A DNA stretch of 64,000 bases from Minisyncoccota bacterium (GCA_035627655.1 DASPLI010000001.1:323355-387354); one strand, 5' to 3'. Positions 38,927-48,970 are shown, counted from the first letter of the stretch. Numbers and translations are program-made. Notes: generated by a model from the sequence alone, not told the origin.

Positions 38927-39994
38927 ATGCGAACGCCGTATACCACCATCGACCTGTTTGCTGGCATCGGCGGAATCCGAAAGGGCTTCGAGGCTGCCGG
39001 CTTTTCTACTCTCTATGCAGCTGACAATGACGCTTACTGCAAAGCGACTTACGACCTGAACTTCGCCAAGAAAGGAGCGCCGCTCGCTCTCCAGGATGTG
39101 GCTGCCATAGACCGTGCATCTCTCCCTGACTTCGATGCGCTTCTTGCCGGGTTTCCGTGCCAATCGTTTTCTGTTGCCGGCAATAAAAAGGGATTCGAGG
39201 ATACCGGACGCGGAGACTTGTTCTTCGAGCTTATGAAGATCGTCGAAGAGCGCGAGGAAGAGAAAAAGCCGCGCGTGGTATTCCTCGAAAACGTAAAGAA
39301 CCTCCTTACGCACGACCACGGAAGGACCTTCGTAATCATCAACGAGAGGCTGGCTAATGCCGGATACCATGTCCGCTTCAGCCCGCTCAGTAGCGCAGAC
39401 TACGGAGACGTTCCGCAGGCGCGCGAGCGGGTCTACATCGTGGGCTTCAAAGACAAGGCCGCGCATGACGCATTCGAGTTTCCTGAGAAGCTGCCGCGCA
39501 AGAAAACCATCCTTGACGTACTTGAAGACGGGGTGGATGAGAAGTACTACTACCGCGAAGGGTGGCTGTATGACCGCATCAAGAACCAGGGGATGAAGCC
39601 TGGCCGCGTATACCAGTGGCGCCGCGTGCACCTTCGGGAAATCAAGAGCGGGATCTGCTGCACCCTCACGGCCAACATGGGCATGGGCGGGCACAACGTG
39701 CCGCTCGTGTGCGATAGCAAGGGGCTCCGCAGGCTTACGCCTCGAGAATGCCTGCGCTTGCAGGGCTTCCCTGACACCTTCAAGATTCCAGAGACCATTC
39801 CGGAGTCCCGGCTATACAAGCAGGTCGGCAATTCGGTGACCGTCAGCGTCATCGAGCGCATCGCGAAGAACATAAAGAAGGCTCTCGATGCTGCAGAGAA
39901 AGCGGCAGAAGTAGAAACTTATGGCAGACGTATTCACAAAGGAAAAGCGGAGCGAGATCATGTCGCGCATAAGGTCGCGGCACACGTCGCCTGA
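38927..39994 (+). CDS. DNA (cytosine-5) methyltransferase, resembling the M.Bsp6I/Fnu4HI (GCNGC) group
   Basis: DLFAGIGG, GFPCQ, ENVKNL, Q.RER and YKQVGNSV motifs; TRD YQWRR...TLTANMGMGGHNVP recalled from M.Bsp6I (specificity inferred). Confidence 0.92.
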   Translation: MRTPYTTIDLFAGIGGIRKGFEAAGFSTLYAADNDAYCKATYDLNFAKKGAPLALQDVAAIDRASLPDFDALLAGFPCQSFSVAGNKKGFEDTGRGDLFFELMKIVEEREEEKKPRVVFLENVKNLLTHDHGRTFVIINERLANAGYHVRFSPLSSADYGDVPQARERVYIVGFKDKAAHDAFEFPEKLPRKKTILDVLEDGVDEKYYYREGWLYDRIKNQGMKPGRVYQWRRVHLREIKSGICCTLTANMGMGGHNVPLVCDSKGLRRLTPRECLRLQGFPDTFKIPETIPESRLYKQVGNSVTVSVIERIAKNIKKALDAAEKAAEVETYGRRIHKGKAERDHVAHKVAAHVA

Positions 39995-40328
39995 GCTGCT
40001 GGTATACCGCTACTTGCGCAGGGAAGGAGTCTACTTCCAGAAGCACTACAAGAAAGCGCCAGGCTCGCCGGACATAGCGCTACCGAAAAAGAAGATTGCC
40101 GTATTCATTGACGGCGACTTCTGGCATGGGTGGAAATTCGCTGAGCGCAGAGAGAAGCTGCCCGAAATCTACTGGCGGGAGAAGATTGAGAAGAACATTA
40201 AGAGGGACAAGGCGAGGAGGGCGAAGCTCAAGCGGATGGGATGGAAAGTTCTTCGCGTGTGGGAGCACGACTTGAAGAAGCGTCCAGAGGCTACTCTCGA
40301 GAAGATCCGGCTGTTCCTAGTCTCGTAG
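39921..40328 (+). CDS. vsr: Very short patch repair endonuclease
   Basis: RSEIMSRI, T.PEL, GSPD, FIDGDFWHG and GWKVLRVWE motifs. Confidence 0.93.
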   Translation: MADVFTKEKRSEIMSRIRSRHTSPELLVYRYLRREGVYFQKHYKKAPGSPDIALPKKKIAVFIDGDFWHGWKFAERREKLPEIYWREKIEKNIKRDKARRAKLKRMGWKVLRVWEHDLKKRPEATLEKIRLFLVS

Positions 40329-40395
40329 CGGCTGTCCACAGGAGTATTGACAAAGCGTACATAGGGTATACCCTGCATAAATACGACCTATCCTT

Positions 40396-40638
40396 ATGCA
40401 GGATTCACCTAAAAGGGGAAAAAAGAGCGAAAAGAGGGAGCGCTTTGAGCGTTTGGCCGAGTACCGCACGAACGAGGTGTTGCGGAAGTTGAAGACTCTG
40501 GGGAACTGCGGGAACCGCAGCGCCTACGAGTACACTGAAGACGAGGTGGGCAAGATATTCTCCGAGATCGAGCGGCAGGTAAAGGAGGCGCGCGCCAAAT
40601 TTACCTTCCCTAAGCGCTCGGGCAAGTTCACGCTCTAA
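40396..40638 (+). CDS. Small basic helical protein (possible regulator)
   Basis: KRERFERLAEYRTN..L..L..LGNCGNRSAYEYTEDEV..IF; first gene after a TTGACA promoter-like site. Confidence 0.7.
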   Translation: MQDSPKRGKKSEKRERFERLAEYRTNEVLRKLKTLGNCGNRSAYEYTEDEVGKIFSEIERQVKEARAKFTFPKRSGKFTL

Positions 40639-40654
40639 AATTAAATACCCCGAC

Positions 40655-42529
40655 ATGAAAAAAGATGGCCTCGAATGGCACTTCCCAGACCTGCAGCACG
40701 CCGACTCCGAAGGCCTTAACGATCCATTGCTCCAGTATTTCGGGGGCAACCACAACCGCTACATAGCCCGCGAGGTCATACAGAACTCGATAGACGCCCG
40801 CAAGGACGATACGCAGCCAGTAGTGGTGAAGTTCACGCGCCTCGAGCTGCCTACTGCCGAGGTGCCGGGAGTCGCTGAGCTGAAGAAGCATTTGGAAGTC
40901 TGCTTGGAGCAGGCTAGGAGCGAGCAGAACGAAAAGGCGGAACGCTACTACGAGGACGCGGTGCGCGCTGCAGGCGAGCCGAAGACCATCGTGCTCCGCG
41001 CGTCGGACTTCAATACCTCCGGCCTTACGGGAGAGGACAAGGACAAGCGGGGCAAGTGGCACCGCCTCGTGCGCGCCGTAGGCGAGAACCAAATGTCAGG
41101 CGTGGGCGGAGGCTCATACGGCATCGGTAAGGGAGCGCCCTTCGTCGCTTCGCGCATGCGCACCGTCTACTACTCCACGAAGAATGAGGACGGCGACGTT
41201 ATCTTCCAGGGCAAGGCGCGGCTCATGAGCCACGAATTGAAAGGCAAGGAGTACCGAGGCGTAGGCTCTTTCGGCGTCGAGGGCTATAAGTCGGTAAGGG
41301 ATCCGAAGGCAATCCCGCCTGCTTTCTTGAGGCAGGAGCAGGGCACGGACATCAGCATCATAGGCTACATGCCTAACCTTGCATGGGCCGACGAGCTTGC
41401 GGCATCGGTGCTCGACAACTTCTGGATGGCGATCTACTCGGGCACTCTTGAAGTCGTCATAGGGAACAGCAGCGGCATAGGCGAGCTTCGCATCGACCGC
41501 TCGACTCTCCGCGAGCTCTTGGAGAAGCACTGCAAGGACAGCGGATTTATCTACTACAAGTGCGTCATTGACTCGAGCCGCACGTTCGAGAAGCAGCTCC
41601 CGCTTCTGGGGCTTTGCCGCTTGCACGTGCGCATCGAAGAGAAGTTTCCGCGCCATATCGCCGTCATGCGCAGGCCGAAGATGGTGGTCGACACCATGCG
41701 CTTCCCGAAGACGCTTCAGCAGCCGTTCGCAGGCGTCTTTATCTGCGACGATCCTGAAGGAAACAAGATACTCCGCGGCATGGAGCCGCCGGAGCACGAC
41801 AAGTGGGACCCGGATCTCGACCCCGTTAACGGCAGGGCTGCGCTCAGCGAGATACGCGAGTGGATGAAGCACAACCTTCTCGAGCTCGCCGAAGAAGAAA
41901 GCGGCGATCCTGAAGAGATTCCAGAGCTCGAGAAGTTCCTGCCGTATGACGAGGATTCGGAGCGCGCGTCGGAATCGAGCAAGAGCCGGACTCAGGCGAC
42001 GGGTACTGCCGGCCGCGATGAGAGCGCTATGGAAGTAGGCGCAGAGCGCGATGAGGAGGCGCGCGAGATCGAAGCTTTCGTGCACAAGCCGTCCTCGGTA
42101 AGGGATAACGACAAGGGCGGCATGGCCCCTGATTTCGACGACGACGGCAAGGGCGGAAGCGACGGGGGCAGCGGCGGAACTGGCGACGAATCCGGCGGCA
42201 AGGGAGCAGAGCGCATCAACACTTCGCAGGCGCGTTTCCGCATCATCTATACGGGCAAGAAGAAGGATCGTGCCGAGTACTGCCTCGTGATTACGCCGAT
42301 GATGGACCAGGAGGGAGGCGTGAACATCGTCGCTCTCGGAGAAGACTCGACCGTCTACCCGGTTTCCGTAGCCGAGGCCGAGGAGTGGGGAAAGAAGGCA
42401 AAGACGTACAAGCACAGTGGCTCGTTCATCGCAGGCCTGAAGCTCAAGAAGAACAAGCCTGTCCGCATCCGCATCGAAACTAAGTCCGCTTCGCGCTACG
42501 CGCTAGGCATCGAGAACCATGAAGGCTAA
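40655..42529 (+). CDS. GHKL (Hsp90/MORC-like) ATPase domain protein
   Basis: REVIQNSIDA (N box), SDFNTSGL (G1), GGSYGIGK (G2), GTDI; acidic/Gly linker and beta-rich C-domain. Confidence 0.8.
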   Translation: MKKDGLEWHFPDLQHADSEGLNDPLLQYFGGNHNRYIAREVIQNSIDARKDDTQPVVVKFTRLELPTAEVPGVAELKKHLEVCLEQARSEQNEKAERYYEDAVRAAGEPKTIVLRASDFNTSGLTGEDKDKRGKWHRLVRAVGENQMSGVGGGSYGIGKGAPFVASRMRTVYYSTKNEDGDVIFQGKARLMSHELKGKEYRGVGSFGVEGYKSVRDPKAIPPAFLRQEQGTDISIIGYMPNLAWADELAASVLDNFWMAIYSGTLEVVIGNSSGIGELRIDRSTLRELLEKHCKDSGFIYYKCVIDSSRTFEKQLPLLGLCRLHVRIEEKFPRHIAVMRRPKMVVDTMRFPKTLQQPFAGVFICDDPEGNKILRGMEPPEHDKWDPDLDPVNGRAALSEIREWMKHNLLELAEEESGDPEEIPELEKFLPYDEDSERASESSKSRTQATGTAGRDESAMEVGAERDEEAREIEAFVHKPSSVRDNDKGGMAPDFDDDGKGGSDGGSGGTGDESGGKGAERINTSQARFRIIYTGKKKDRAEYCLVITPMMDQEGGVNIVALGEDSTVYPVSVAEAEEWGKKAKTYKHSGSFIAGLKLKKNKPVRIRIETKSASRYALGIENHEG

Positions 42530-43343
42530 AAACATATCGTATCCATATCCGGTTCTCGGGAACGAGGACGACGTAAAGGGAACTTTCGACGTCTCCTTCA
42601 AGCACGCGCTTCGCCGGGAGGAAGTAGCGCTCATGGTCGGCTTCAAGCTCAAGAACAAGTCGCTTGAAAAGCTAGTAAAGGAGAAGAAGGCAGCATTCAC
42701 CGTCGAGGTGGAGTGTCCTGGCACCTTCTTCCGAAAGAGCTTCTCGACCTTCGAGCACGACGCCCGGTTTGTGATCGGCTCAGGTCTGGTGCGGGAGCAC
42801 GTGTCGGCAGCCTTCTATGTCCGCGCCGTCGAGCCGCTGCCTAAGTACAAGATCGACGGAAGCCACCCTGACTACGAGGGGTTCCCGTTCGACATAGGAG
42901 CGGGAGACGTGCTCGCGCTCGGAGGACACACCTCGTTCATCGCGGAGAAGGACTTCGACCCGATGCGCCCTGCGGTCTCGTCCTTGATAGCTATCAAGCC
43001 CGGCACGCATGCGGTCGGACCGATGCAGATCGACTACAGCCAGGACAAGATTCTCATTAAGCTCTCCGAGCGCGACTACAAGAACTACGGAATCGTAAAG
43101 GGCAGGGTGGGCATTGCAGGCGTGCTGCACGCATCCATCGTCCTTCCCGTACTGGCAGAAGCCATCAAGCTCGTACACGAGAAGGACCATGAGACGCAGG
43201 GAACGCACTGGCACAAGCGGCTTGAAATCATCCTGCGCCAGCAGGAGCTGCCGGCCGACGACGGGCTGCTCGCTGCGCAGAAGCTCTTGCGCAGCCCGCT
43301 CGAGCGGTGCTTATCAGGCCTCGCGGAGGATAGCGACGATTAA
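42519..43343 (+). CDS. Hypothetical protein (YPYPVL N-terminus), overlaps the ATPase stop
   Basis: 274-aa ORF overlapping the previous gene by 11 bp. Confidence 0.8.
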   Translation: MKAKNISYPYPVLGNEDDVKGTFDVSFKHALRREEVALMVGFKLKNKSLEKLVKEKKAAFTVEVECPGTFFRKSFSTFEHDARFVIGSGLVREHVSAAFYVRAVEPLPKYKIDGSHPDYEGFPFDIGAGDVLALGGHTSFIAEKDFDPMRPAVSSLIAIKPGTHAVGPMQIDYSQDKILIKLSERDYKNYGIVKGRVGIAGVLHASIVLPVLAEAIKLVHEKDHETQGTHWHKRLEIILRQQELPADDGLLAAQKLLRSPLERCLSGLAEDSDD

Positions 43344-43344
43344 T

Positions 43345-44136
43345 ATGCCAAACCAAAATATCTTCAAAGGAATGTTCGTGTCAGAGCTCCGCGACAAGGT
43401 GCGCAACGGGGAATCGCTTTGCGACTACTTCAAGGCGGAGCTCGACTATCCTGCAGACGCGGTGATGGAGTCTCCTATAAAGGTAGTGCCCGAAAGCCTC
43501 GAACTGAAGTACAAAGGTCCGGGCGAGACGGTCAGCAACGATCTTGAGAATGCCATTGCGCTTTACGAAGCGTTTCCGGACTTAAACGAAACCCAAGCGT
43601 CGGACATCCGCCTGTGGACCTACCTGACGCACGTGTCCCTTCGCGACTACGTGCGCAAGCGCTGGCCTCTGGCAGGAACCTGCGAGCAGGCTATGAAGGA
43701 CAAGAAGACGAAGGAAGCCGCAATCAGCTACGTCCTAAGCCACTGGTTTGCATCGGGAGGCAACGACCGTTCGCTCCGCCGCAATGCTGCTGCCAGGCTT
43801 TGGTGGGCTGTGCGTCTGACCCGGGCGCCGTGGGAGCGCGACGAATTCTTCAAGGATCTTGGAGGTAAGGATGCGGACCCCTACCGATTCACGCGCACCC
43901 TGTTCTCGACGCAGGACGTCTATCAGCAGGTGCTTGAGCGAGGCCTGGGTCGCGACAACCGCATACTCATAACCGTTCTCGAGTTCATAGACGGACAGGA
44001 AGGCATCAAGCGCGAACAGATCCGCGACTTTATGAAGGAGCTAAACCTTGCGCTCTCTGTCCGCAACTTCTCGCTCCTCAGCAGGGAGGAAATGAAAGCG
44101 GCGATCTTCGAGCTCGGCAATGCAGCAGTTAAGTAG
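43345..44136 (+). CDS. DUF6339-like protein
   Basis: QASDIRLWTYLTH...YVRKRW...RNAAARLWW motif; ATG 1 bp after the previous stop. Confidence 0.7.
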   Translation: MPNQNIFKGMFVSELRDKVRNGESLCDYFKAELDYPADAVMESPIKVVPESLELKYKGPGETVSNDLENAIALYEAFPDLNETQASDIRLWTYLTHVSLRDYVRKRWPLAGTCEQAMKDKKTKEAAISYVLSHWFASGGNDRSLRRNAAARLWWAVRLTRAPWERDEFFKDLGGKDADPYRFTRTLFSTQDVYQQVLERGLGRDNRILITVLEFIDGQEGIKREQIRDFMKELNLALSVRNFSLLSREEMKAAIFELGNAAVK

Positions 44137-44141
44137 CGATC

Positions 44142-44519
44142 ATGGAAGCAAGGCTGCCCGATCCTAAGGACTCGCTATACATTCGCACCTTGCTCTGGGC
44201 TTTTGAGCGTAAGAATACAGGGTTCACTATGGACGAGCTGAAAGCCGCGATGAATGTAGACGGCAGCGAATGGGAATGGCTTAAGTGGATGTTTACGGAA
44301 GGCTTGAACGGTGAAGCGCCTCTCATCCACTACAGGCATATGCCGAGCCAGAAATACACGTACTTCCTTACAGCATCAGGAACAGCTGCAACAATCGACT
44401 ACCTCGAGCTTAAGGAGGCGCAGCGAAGCGGAAGCCGAGCAACGCTCATCGCATTCATAGCCATCGCCATCTCCATTATAGTAGGAGCAGCCCAGATATA
44501 CTTCGACGCCTTTTACTAG
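44142..44519 (+). CDS. Hypothetical protein with C-terminal TM (possible wHTH N-terminus)
   Basis: ORF with YFLTASG and a hydrophobic tail. Confidence 0.6.
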   Translation: MEARLPDPKDSLYIRTLLWAFERKNTGFTMDELKAAMNVDGSEWEWLKWMFTEGLNGEAPLIHYRHMPSQKYTYFLTASGTAATIDYLELKEAQRSGSRATLIAFIAIAISIIVGAAQIYFDAFY

Positions 44520-44855
44520 AAGCCGCCAAGAGAACCCGTCCGCAGCACGGAGATCAGCAGGTAGCCTTAGAAGGCAATCGTCAGCTCCTCTGCAAGAGCG
44601 AGCCCACACAGAATACAGGTTGCATCCATTCCATTCGGGAGGGCCGCATCGCATACACAGACTTGTTCGTAGGTCATGCGACAAGACTAGCTGAGTCCCT
44701 ATTTATGCTTCGAGCTACCTAGAAAGGACTCTGTGGCTCAACTGCGGGATGTGAATGTGGCCTTGATGCTGCCGGATTTTAGTTCCAACAGCCTTCACGA
44801 TGTTGCGCAAGATAACAAAGCAAGAAGCCGCCTCTTGGCAGCTTCTTGCTTTGGG

Positions 44856-45146
44856 TTAAAGATACTCCTTTTCGTAGCGGCGCATGGCGTTCTCGATGAG
44901 CTTCAGGCCTTGGCCGCGCCTGGTAGTGATATATAGCCCGTCCTGCCCCTTCTCTGCGAGCCCGTCATCTATGAGCTTCTTGAGCTTGAGCGTTAGTGTG
45001 CGGGTCGAGATGCCTTCGAGCGAACGTTCTAGGTCGCAAAAGCGGCTTACTCCATGGTTGAGCTGGTACAGGATAAGCATCGTCCATTTATCCGAAAGCA
45101 GCTGGGCTACTTTGGTGATGGGGCAGGTCACTTCGGCTTTCTTCAT
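44856..45146 (-). CDS. HxlR/DUF24 family transcriptional regulator
   Basis: CPI...LLSDKWT.LIL...RF.DLERSLEGISTRTLT..LK pattern. Confidence 0.9.
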   Translation of the reverse strand: MKKAEVTCPITKVAQLLSDKWTMLILYQLNHGVSRFCDLERSLEGISTRTLTLKLKKLIDDGLAEKGQDGLYITTRRGQGLKLIENAMRRYEKEYL

Positions 45147-45174
45147 GATTCCTGCACTATAGCAAGTGTATAGA

Positions 45175-45193
45175 TACTTTACAATGTAAAGTA
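45175..45193. promoter_or_regulatory. Palindromic operator candidate between the HxlR and LUD genes
   Basis: TACTTTACA-A-TGTAAAGTA perfect inverted repeat in the divergent promoter region. Confidence 0.65.
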
Positions 45194-45229
45194 ATACCGC
45201 TATACTCTCAGAACATAACGCATTTCTAT

Positions 45230-45841
45230 ATGAACACGCTCGCTAACGCAGAATCTATAAAGAAGACAGAAGAGGCTCTCAAGGCAAATGGCTTCGAACC
45301 GATACACGTAAAATCGAAGGAAGCGGCGCTCGAGAAGGTGAAGGAGCTTATCCCTGCGGGCGCATCGGTCATGAACGGCGCATCCAAGACGCTTCAAGAG
45401 ATCGGCCTCATCGAATACCTCAAGAGCGGGGAACATCCTTGGAACAACCTGCAGGACCCCATCCTTGCAGAGCCGGACCAGGCAAGGCAAGCCCAGATGC
45501 GCCGTGAAGCCGTAGTCTCTGATTTCTATCTCGGCAGCGTTCACGCTCTCACCGAGACAGGAGAGCTGACCGTCGCTTCGAATACGGGCAGCCAGCTTCC
45601 GCACCTCGTGTTCACGTCCCCGAACCTAGTCCTTGTAGTGGGAGCTAACAAGATAGTTCCGACGCTCAAGGATGCGTTCGTTCGACTCGACAAGCAGGTA
45701 CTGCCTCTTGAGAATGAGCGGATCCAAGGCCTATACGGGATTGATACCACATGGGCGAAGACCGTCATCCTCCACAAGGAAAACACCATGCTCGGACGCA
45801 AGGTCTACGTAGTCATCGTAGACGAGCAGCTTGGGTTCTAG
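45230..45841 (+). CDS. LUD domain (LutC/YkgG-like) protein
   Basis: GASKTLQEIG, YLGSVHALTETGEL and VVGANKIV motifs. Confidence 0.85.
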   Translation: MNTLANAESIKKTEEALKANGFEPIHVKSKEAALEKVKELIPAGASVMNGASKTLQEIGLIEYLKSGEHPWNNLQDPILAEPDQARQAQMRREAVVSDFYLGSVHALTETGELTVASNTGSQLPHLVFTSPNLVLVVGANKIVPTLKDAFVRLDKQVLPLENERIQGLYGIDTTWAKTVILHKENTMLGRKVYVVIVDEQLGF

Positions 45842-45949
45842 AGGTCGCATCGACTAGTGAGGGAATATGGATGTGCCGCCCTGCGGCCAATGCCTCCCTG
45901 ATTCTGGTTCTAGTTATGTCGACGAGGTCGCGCAAAGCAAGAAGGCCGC

Positions 45950-46381
45950 CTATGGGCGGTCTTCTGCGTTAGCGTGATGGCTTCGTAGTGCAAGTGCGCG
46001 CACAAGACGCGGAGTCACGAATATGCCGAGAAGGAACAATCCCCACACACGCCCGGCAAACAGGTTATAGTCGGCGATAAGTTCACTCCAGGGTGCACCA
46101 TCGATGTAATGGCCAAACCCAAACTCGAATGCGACAGTCATGACTACCCAGAGTGCACCGATGAGCCACAGGACTTTCATTGGTACGTCGACCACCTTCT
46201 TGTGCAGCATCGCATATGCAAGCGCAACGTATGCTCCAATTGCGATGATCGTGCTTATCTGATGCGCAGCGAGGTCGCCAACATATGAAGCGTAGAAGCT
46301 CTCGCGGACTATACCGTTCGCAATAGCGATTGGGATGAAAAGAACCCAAGTAAGGATGGCTCGCAGAAGTAGTGTGTTCAT
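45950..46381 (-). CDS. Hypothetical 4-TM membrane protein
   Basis: ANGIVRE, FEFGFGHY and DYNLFAGR.W in a hydrophobic ORF. Confidence 0.75.
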   Translation of the reverse strand: MNTLLLRAILTWVLFIPIAIANGIVRESFYASYVGDLAAHQISTIIAIGAYVALAYAMLHKKVVDVPMKVLWLIGALWVVMTVAFEFGFGHYIDGAPWSELIADYNLFAGRVWGLFLLGIFVTPRLVRALALRSHHANAEDRP

Positions 46382-46566
46382 ACTCTATGCTCCTTTCTAC
46401 CCAATTCTACGCCGCTAGGAAGTTAAGGTTCGCTTAAGATGGGGGTATGGATATGCTCATTTTCAGCTAACGCCTCCCGTATTCTGGTTCCAACCGTGTT
46501 CAGTAGTTCGCGTACCGAAACGCAAAGAGGCTAAAGGCCTCTTCCGCCAGGTTATTATTGACAATA

Positions 46567-46929
46567 ATGGCCACCGTCCCTCAGTTCTTCAAAGGGTTTC
46601 CTGAGTCCAGAAAATTATTTCGCGTCGTTCGTGACTATATTGAGTCTTTGGGTGGGGTGAAAATAGAAGTGATGAGGACTCAGATTTCTTTCGGTACTCG
46701 AAGAAAATTTGCATGGGCATGGCTGCCTCAGAAATGGGCCACGGGTCGCCCAAAGAAAAGTCTTGTTGTAAGTTTCGTATCAACCGAACGTTTGCAGGAC
46801 AGGAGAATTGCTGAGGCTACCAAGGTTGGGGAACGAAGGTGGACACACCACGTCGTTCTCGAAGAAAGCGCAGATTTTGACGCAAGGGTAAAGAGTTGGA
46901 TACGTGATGCCTATAAAAGAGCGCTGTAG
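46567..46929 (+). CDS. DUF5655-like protein
   Basis: TQISF..RRKFAW...RWTHHV.L...D..V.SWI..AY pattern. Confidence 0.7.
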   Translation: MATVPQFFKGFPESRKLFRVVRDYIESLGGVKIEVMRTQISFGTRRKFAWAWLPQKWATGRPKKSLVVSFVSTERLQDRRIAEATKVGERRWTHHVVLEESADFDARVKSWIRDAYKRAL

Positions 46930-47031
46930 ATTCCGACGCTGTTCCAAACCAATTCTTCTTTAGATGGACTCCTTTACGCGAAAGTAATTTCGTAGTATTT
47001 TCTCATTCTCGTCAACCTACAGGAGAGACGA

Positions 47032-47541
47032 ATGAACCTTTTTGGTTTAGGTCGAGCACGGCCCAAAGCCAATGCTCTGGAAGTCGATTTTGACCAACAG
47101 GTCGCACTACCTCGCGGTGCCGAACGGGTGCTCTGGCACCAGCCGGCTGGGAAGGGGAAGATGCAGCTACTGCCAGAACATCTGGAAGTGCATCCCATGC
47201 CGCCCGGCGTTACGTACCGCGGGTATCGAGAAGCGAATCCGACGGCTACGTTTGGTGACGCACTCATTCTCGACTCGTTCATCGCGGCCGTCGTCAAAAA
47301 CGGCCGGATCGACAAGGCTGCCGTGCGGCGGGTGCTCGGGGATTTCAGTGGACAGATTTTCTTTCTCGGCACCGCATTTGAAGCGATGCATATGGGGAGC
47401 AAGCCTATGTGCTTTGCCTATCTCAACTGGCAAACGCACTATCCGGCGCTCCGCTACCTCTGTCCGGCCGACCATCCTATCAACCACGACGTGAACTGCT
47501 GCGCGCTGCACGTTACGCTTCCGGCAGCAATAGCTGCCTGA
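47032..47541 (+). CDS. Hypothetical protein
   Basis: AGGAG RBS; ORF followed by a terminator at 47556-47585. Confidence 0.65.
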   Translation: MNLFGLGRARPKANALEVDFDQQVALPRGAERVLWHQPAGKGKMQLLPEHLEVHPMPPGVTYRGYREANPTATFGDALILDSFIAAVVKNGRIDKAAVRRVLGDFSGQIFFLGTAFEAMHMGSKPMCFAYLNWQTHYPALRYLCPADHPINHDVNCCALHVTLPAAIAA

Positions 47542-47594
47542 TAGCGACAGACGGTAAAGGCCGCTCCTTCAGTGGAGCGGCCTTTGTGTTTTTC

Positions 47595-48104
47595 TTACGC
47601 GATCTCGTAGGATTTTATCTGCACCGGTTTTGCCTGGGATGCTGCCTTATCGATAGTGTCCTGCGTGCCTCCGCTCCCGTTCACGATGAACGCATACAGC
47701 TCATCGGAGGCATTCACGACCTCGGTGTTACGTTCGAAGTAGGTGGTTGGGTTGCACTCCGTATTCACTTGGTTCTCGATAAGTGCTTCCGGGTTTGCCG
47801 TTTTCACTTGTGTGAGCTGGGCGATGAGTGTTTCCGCTTGGTCGGTAGTAATGACGCCTTCTTGGGCGCGCTTGCGGTAATGAGCCGCGTAGCGCTCGAA
47901 GGTCACCGGAAGAAAGATTTTGATGTGACTTGCGTCCGGATTCAGCTTTAAAGCTTCGTCCGTCGCGAAGTAGTCCACATTCAAAGCTCCACCAGAAACG
48001 ATGCCGTCGCCGCGCGCCATGATGTCGCGGACGGCCGCGCGTACGTCCTGCTCGACTTCGGCGCTTGTCGCTCGCCAGCTTCCGCTAATGCCTATCCATT
48101 TCAT
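47595..48104 (-). CDS. SLOG (SMF/DprA-LOG) superfamily protein
   Basis: IGISGS, IVSGGALNVD, YFERN..VV and SGGTQDTI motifs. Confidence 0.8.
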   Translation of the reverse strand: MKWIGISGSWRATSAEVEQDVRAAVRDIMARGDGIVSGGALNVDYFATDEALKLNPDASHIKIFLPVTFERYAAHYRKRAQEGVITTDQAETLIAQLTQVKTANPEALIENQVNTECNPTTYFERNTEVVNASDELYAFIVNGSGGTQDTIDKAASQAKPVQIKSYEIA

Positions 48105-48154
48105 ACGATAGCTCCGTGCTTCTTGCCACTATATAGCACAGCACTCCAAGAACA

Positions 48155-48874
48155 TCACTCATTATCCTTTTCCGATCCGATAAGTACTTTTCGCATAAGC
48201 GTTCCCGTCAGGCTTACGATGAGACCGAGGAAGACGAGGCCCAAGAAGCGGCAGGCGATCAAAAGGGTGACGCCGATCGTCGAAGTGGGGCGCTCATACG
48301 AGAGGCCGCCTAAAATCACCGAGAGCGTCCAGTACATGGCGCTTGGCAGATCCTTTGCATATGCATGATGACCTTCGGTGAGGTAGAGCAGGCTGCCCAT
48401 AATAAGGATGGCGGTCAGGAGCGCAGTGAAATAAATCTGTATGTTGAGCACATAGATGGAGCTATTGCTTGGATGCTTCTTGCCTTTACGTGCAAGCTTT
48501 GCGAGCCGGAGTATGCGAAGAAAGCGAAGGATGCGGAGCGAACGACTCGTCTTAAGGAAGGTGAGGTTTGCCATGCCAATGAAGCTTGGCAGGATCGCCA
48601 GGAGGTCAATAATGCCGAAGAAGCTAAACGCATATTTGAATCTCGATTTCGCTACATACAGGCGTCCCAGGTACTCCGCAGTAAACAGTGCTACGGTCGC
48701 GTATTCAATTACATTGAATATCGGTTGGTACGAAGCAAATGCCGCAACCGTTTCAAGCACAAGCGCAAGAACGGACACGAGGGTCGCAAGAGCAAGTATG
48801 TCGTTGGTGATAACGAACGCAGGGGATTTCTGATTTTCAAAGGTATTCCGAAGAGTGGTGCGCAGACTCGCCAT
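48155..48874 (-). CDS. Ion transporter (voltage-gated cation channel-like)
   Basis: FTAEYLGR, IDLLAILP and RSLRILRFLRILRLAK (S4) motifs; pore signature degenerate. Confidence 0.8.
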   Translation of the reverse strand: MASLRTTLRNTFENQKSPAFVITNDILALATLVSVLALVLETVAAFASYQPIFNVIEYATVALFTAEYLGRLYVAKSRFKYAFSFFGIIDLLAILPSFIGMANLTFLKTSRSLRILRFLRILRLAKLARKGKKHPSNSSIYVLNIQIYFTALLTAILIMGSLLYLTEGHHAYAKDLPSAMYWTLSVILGGLSYERPTSTIGVTLLIACRFLGLVFLGLIVSLTGTLMRKVLIGSEKDNE

Positions 48875-48970
48875 GGATTTTAGGATAGCATCTCTTTAAC
48901 CTGCCCTTCACGTTCAAATTTGCATAGTGGCGTTCTGATTAGCAGAACGTGCGTAACGCTTCAAACCAGC

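Larger units (their letters stand above)
34843..45934. mobile_element. Integrative genomic island at tRNA-Asp
   Basis: Integrase abutting the tRNA, defence-type cargo, apparently more ATA/AGG/CTA codons by eye, and a degenerate copy of the tRNA 3' end at 45906-45934 (right boundary tentative). Confidence 0.65.

Noticed and set aside
41114-42415. 433-aa minus-strand ORF
   Set aside because: Antisense shadow of the GHKL ATPase gene.
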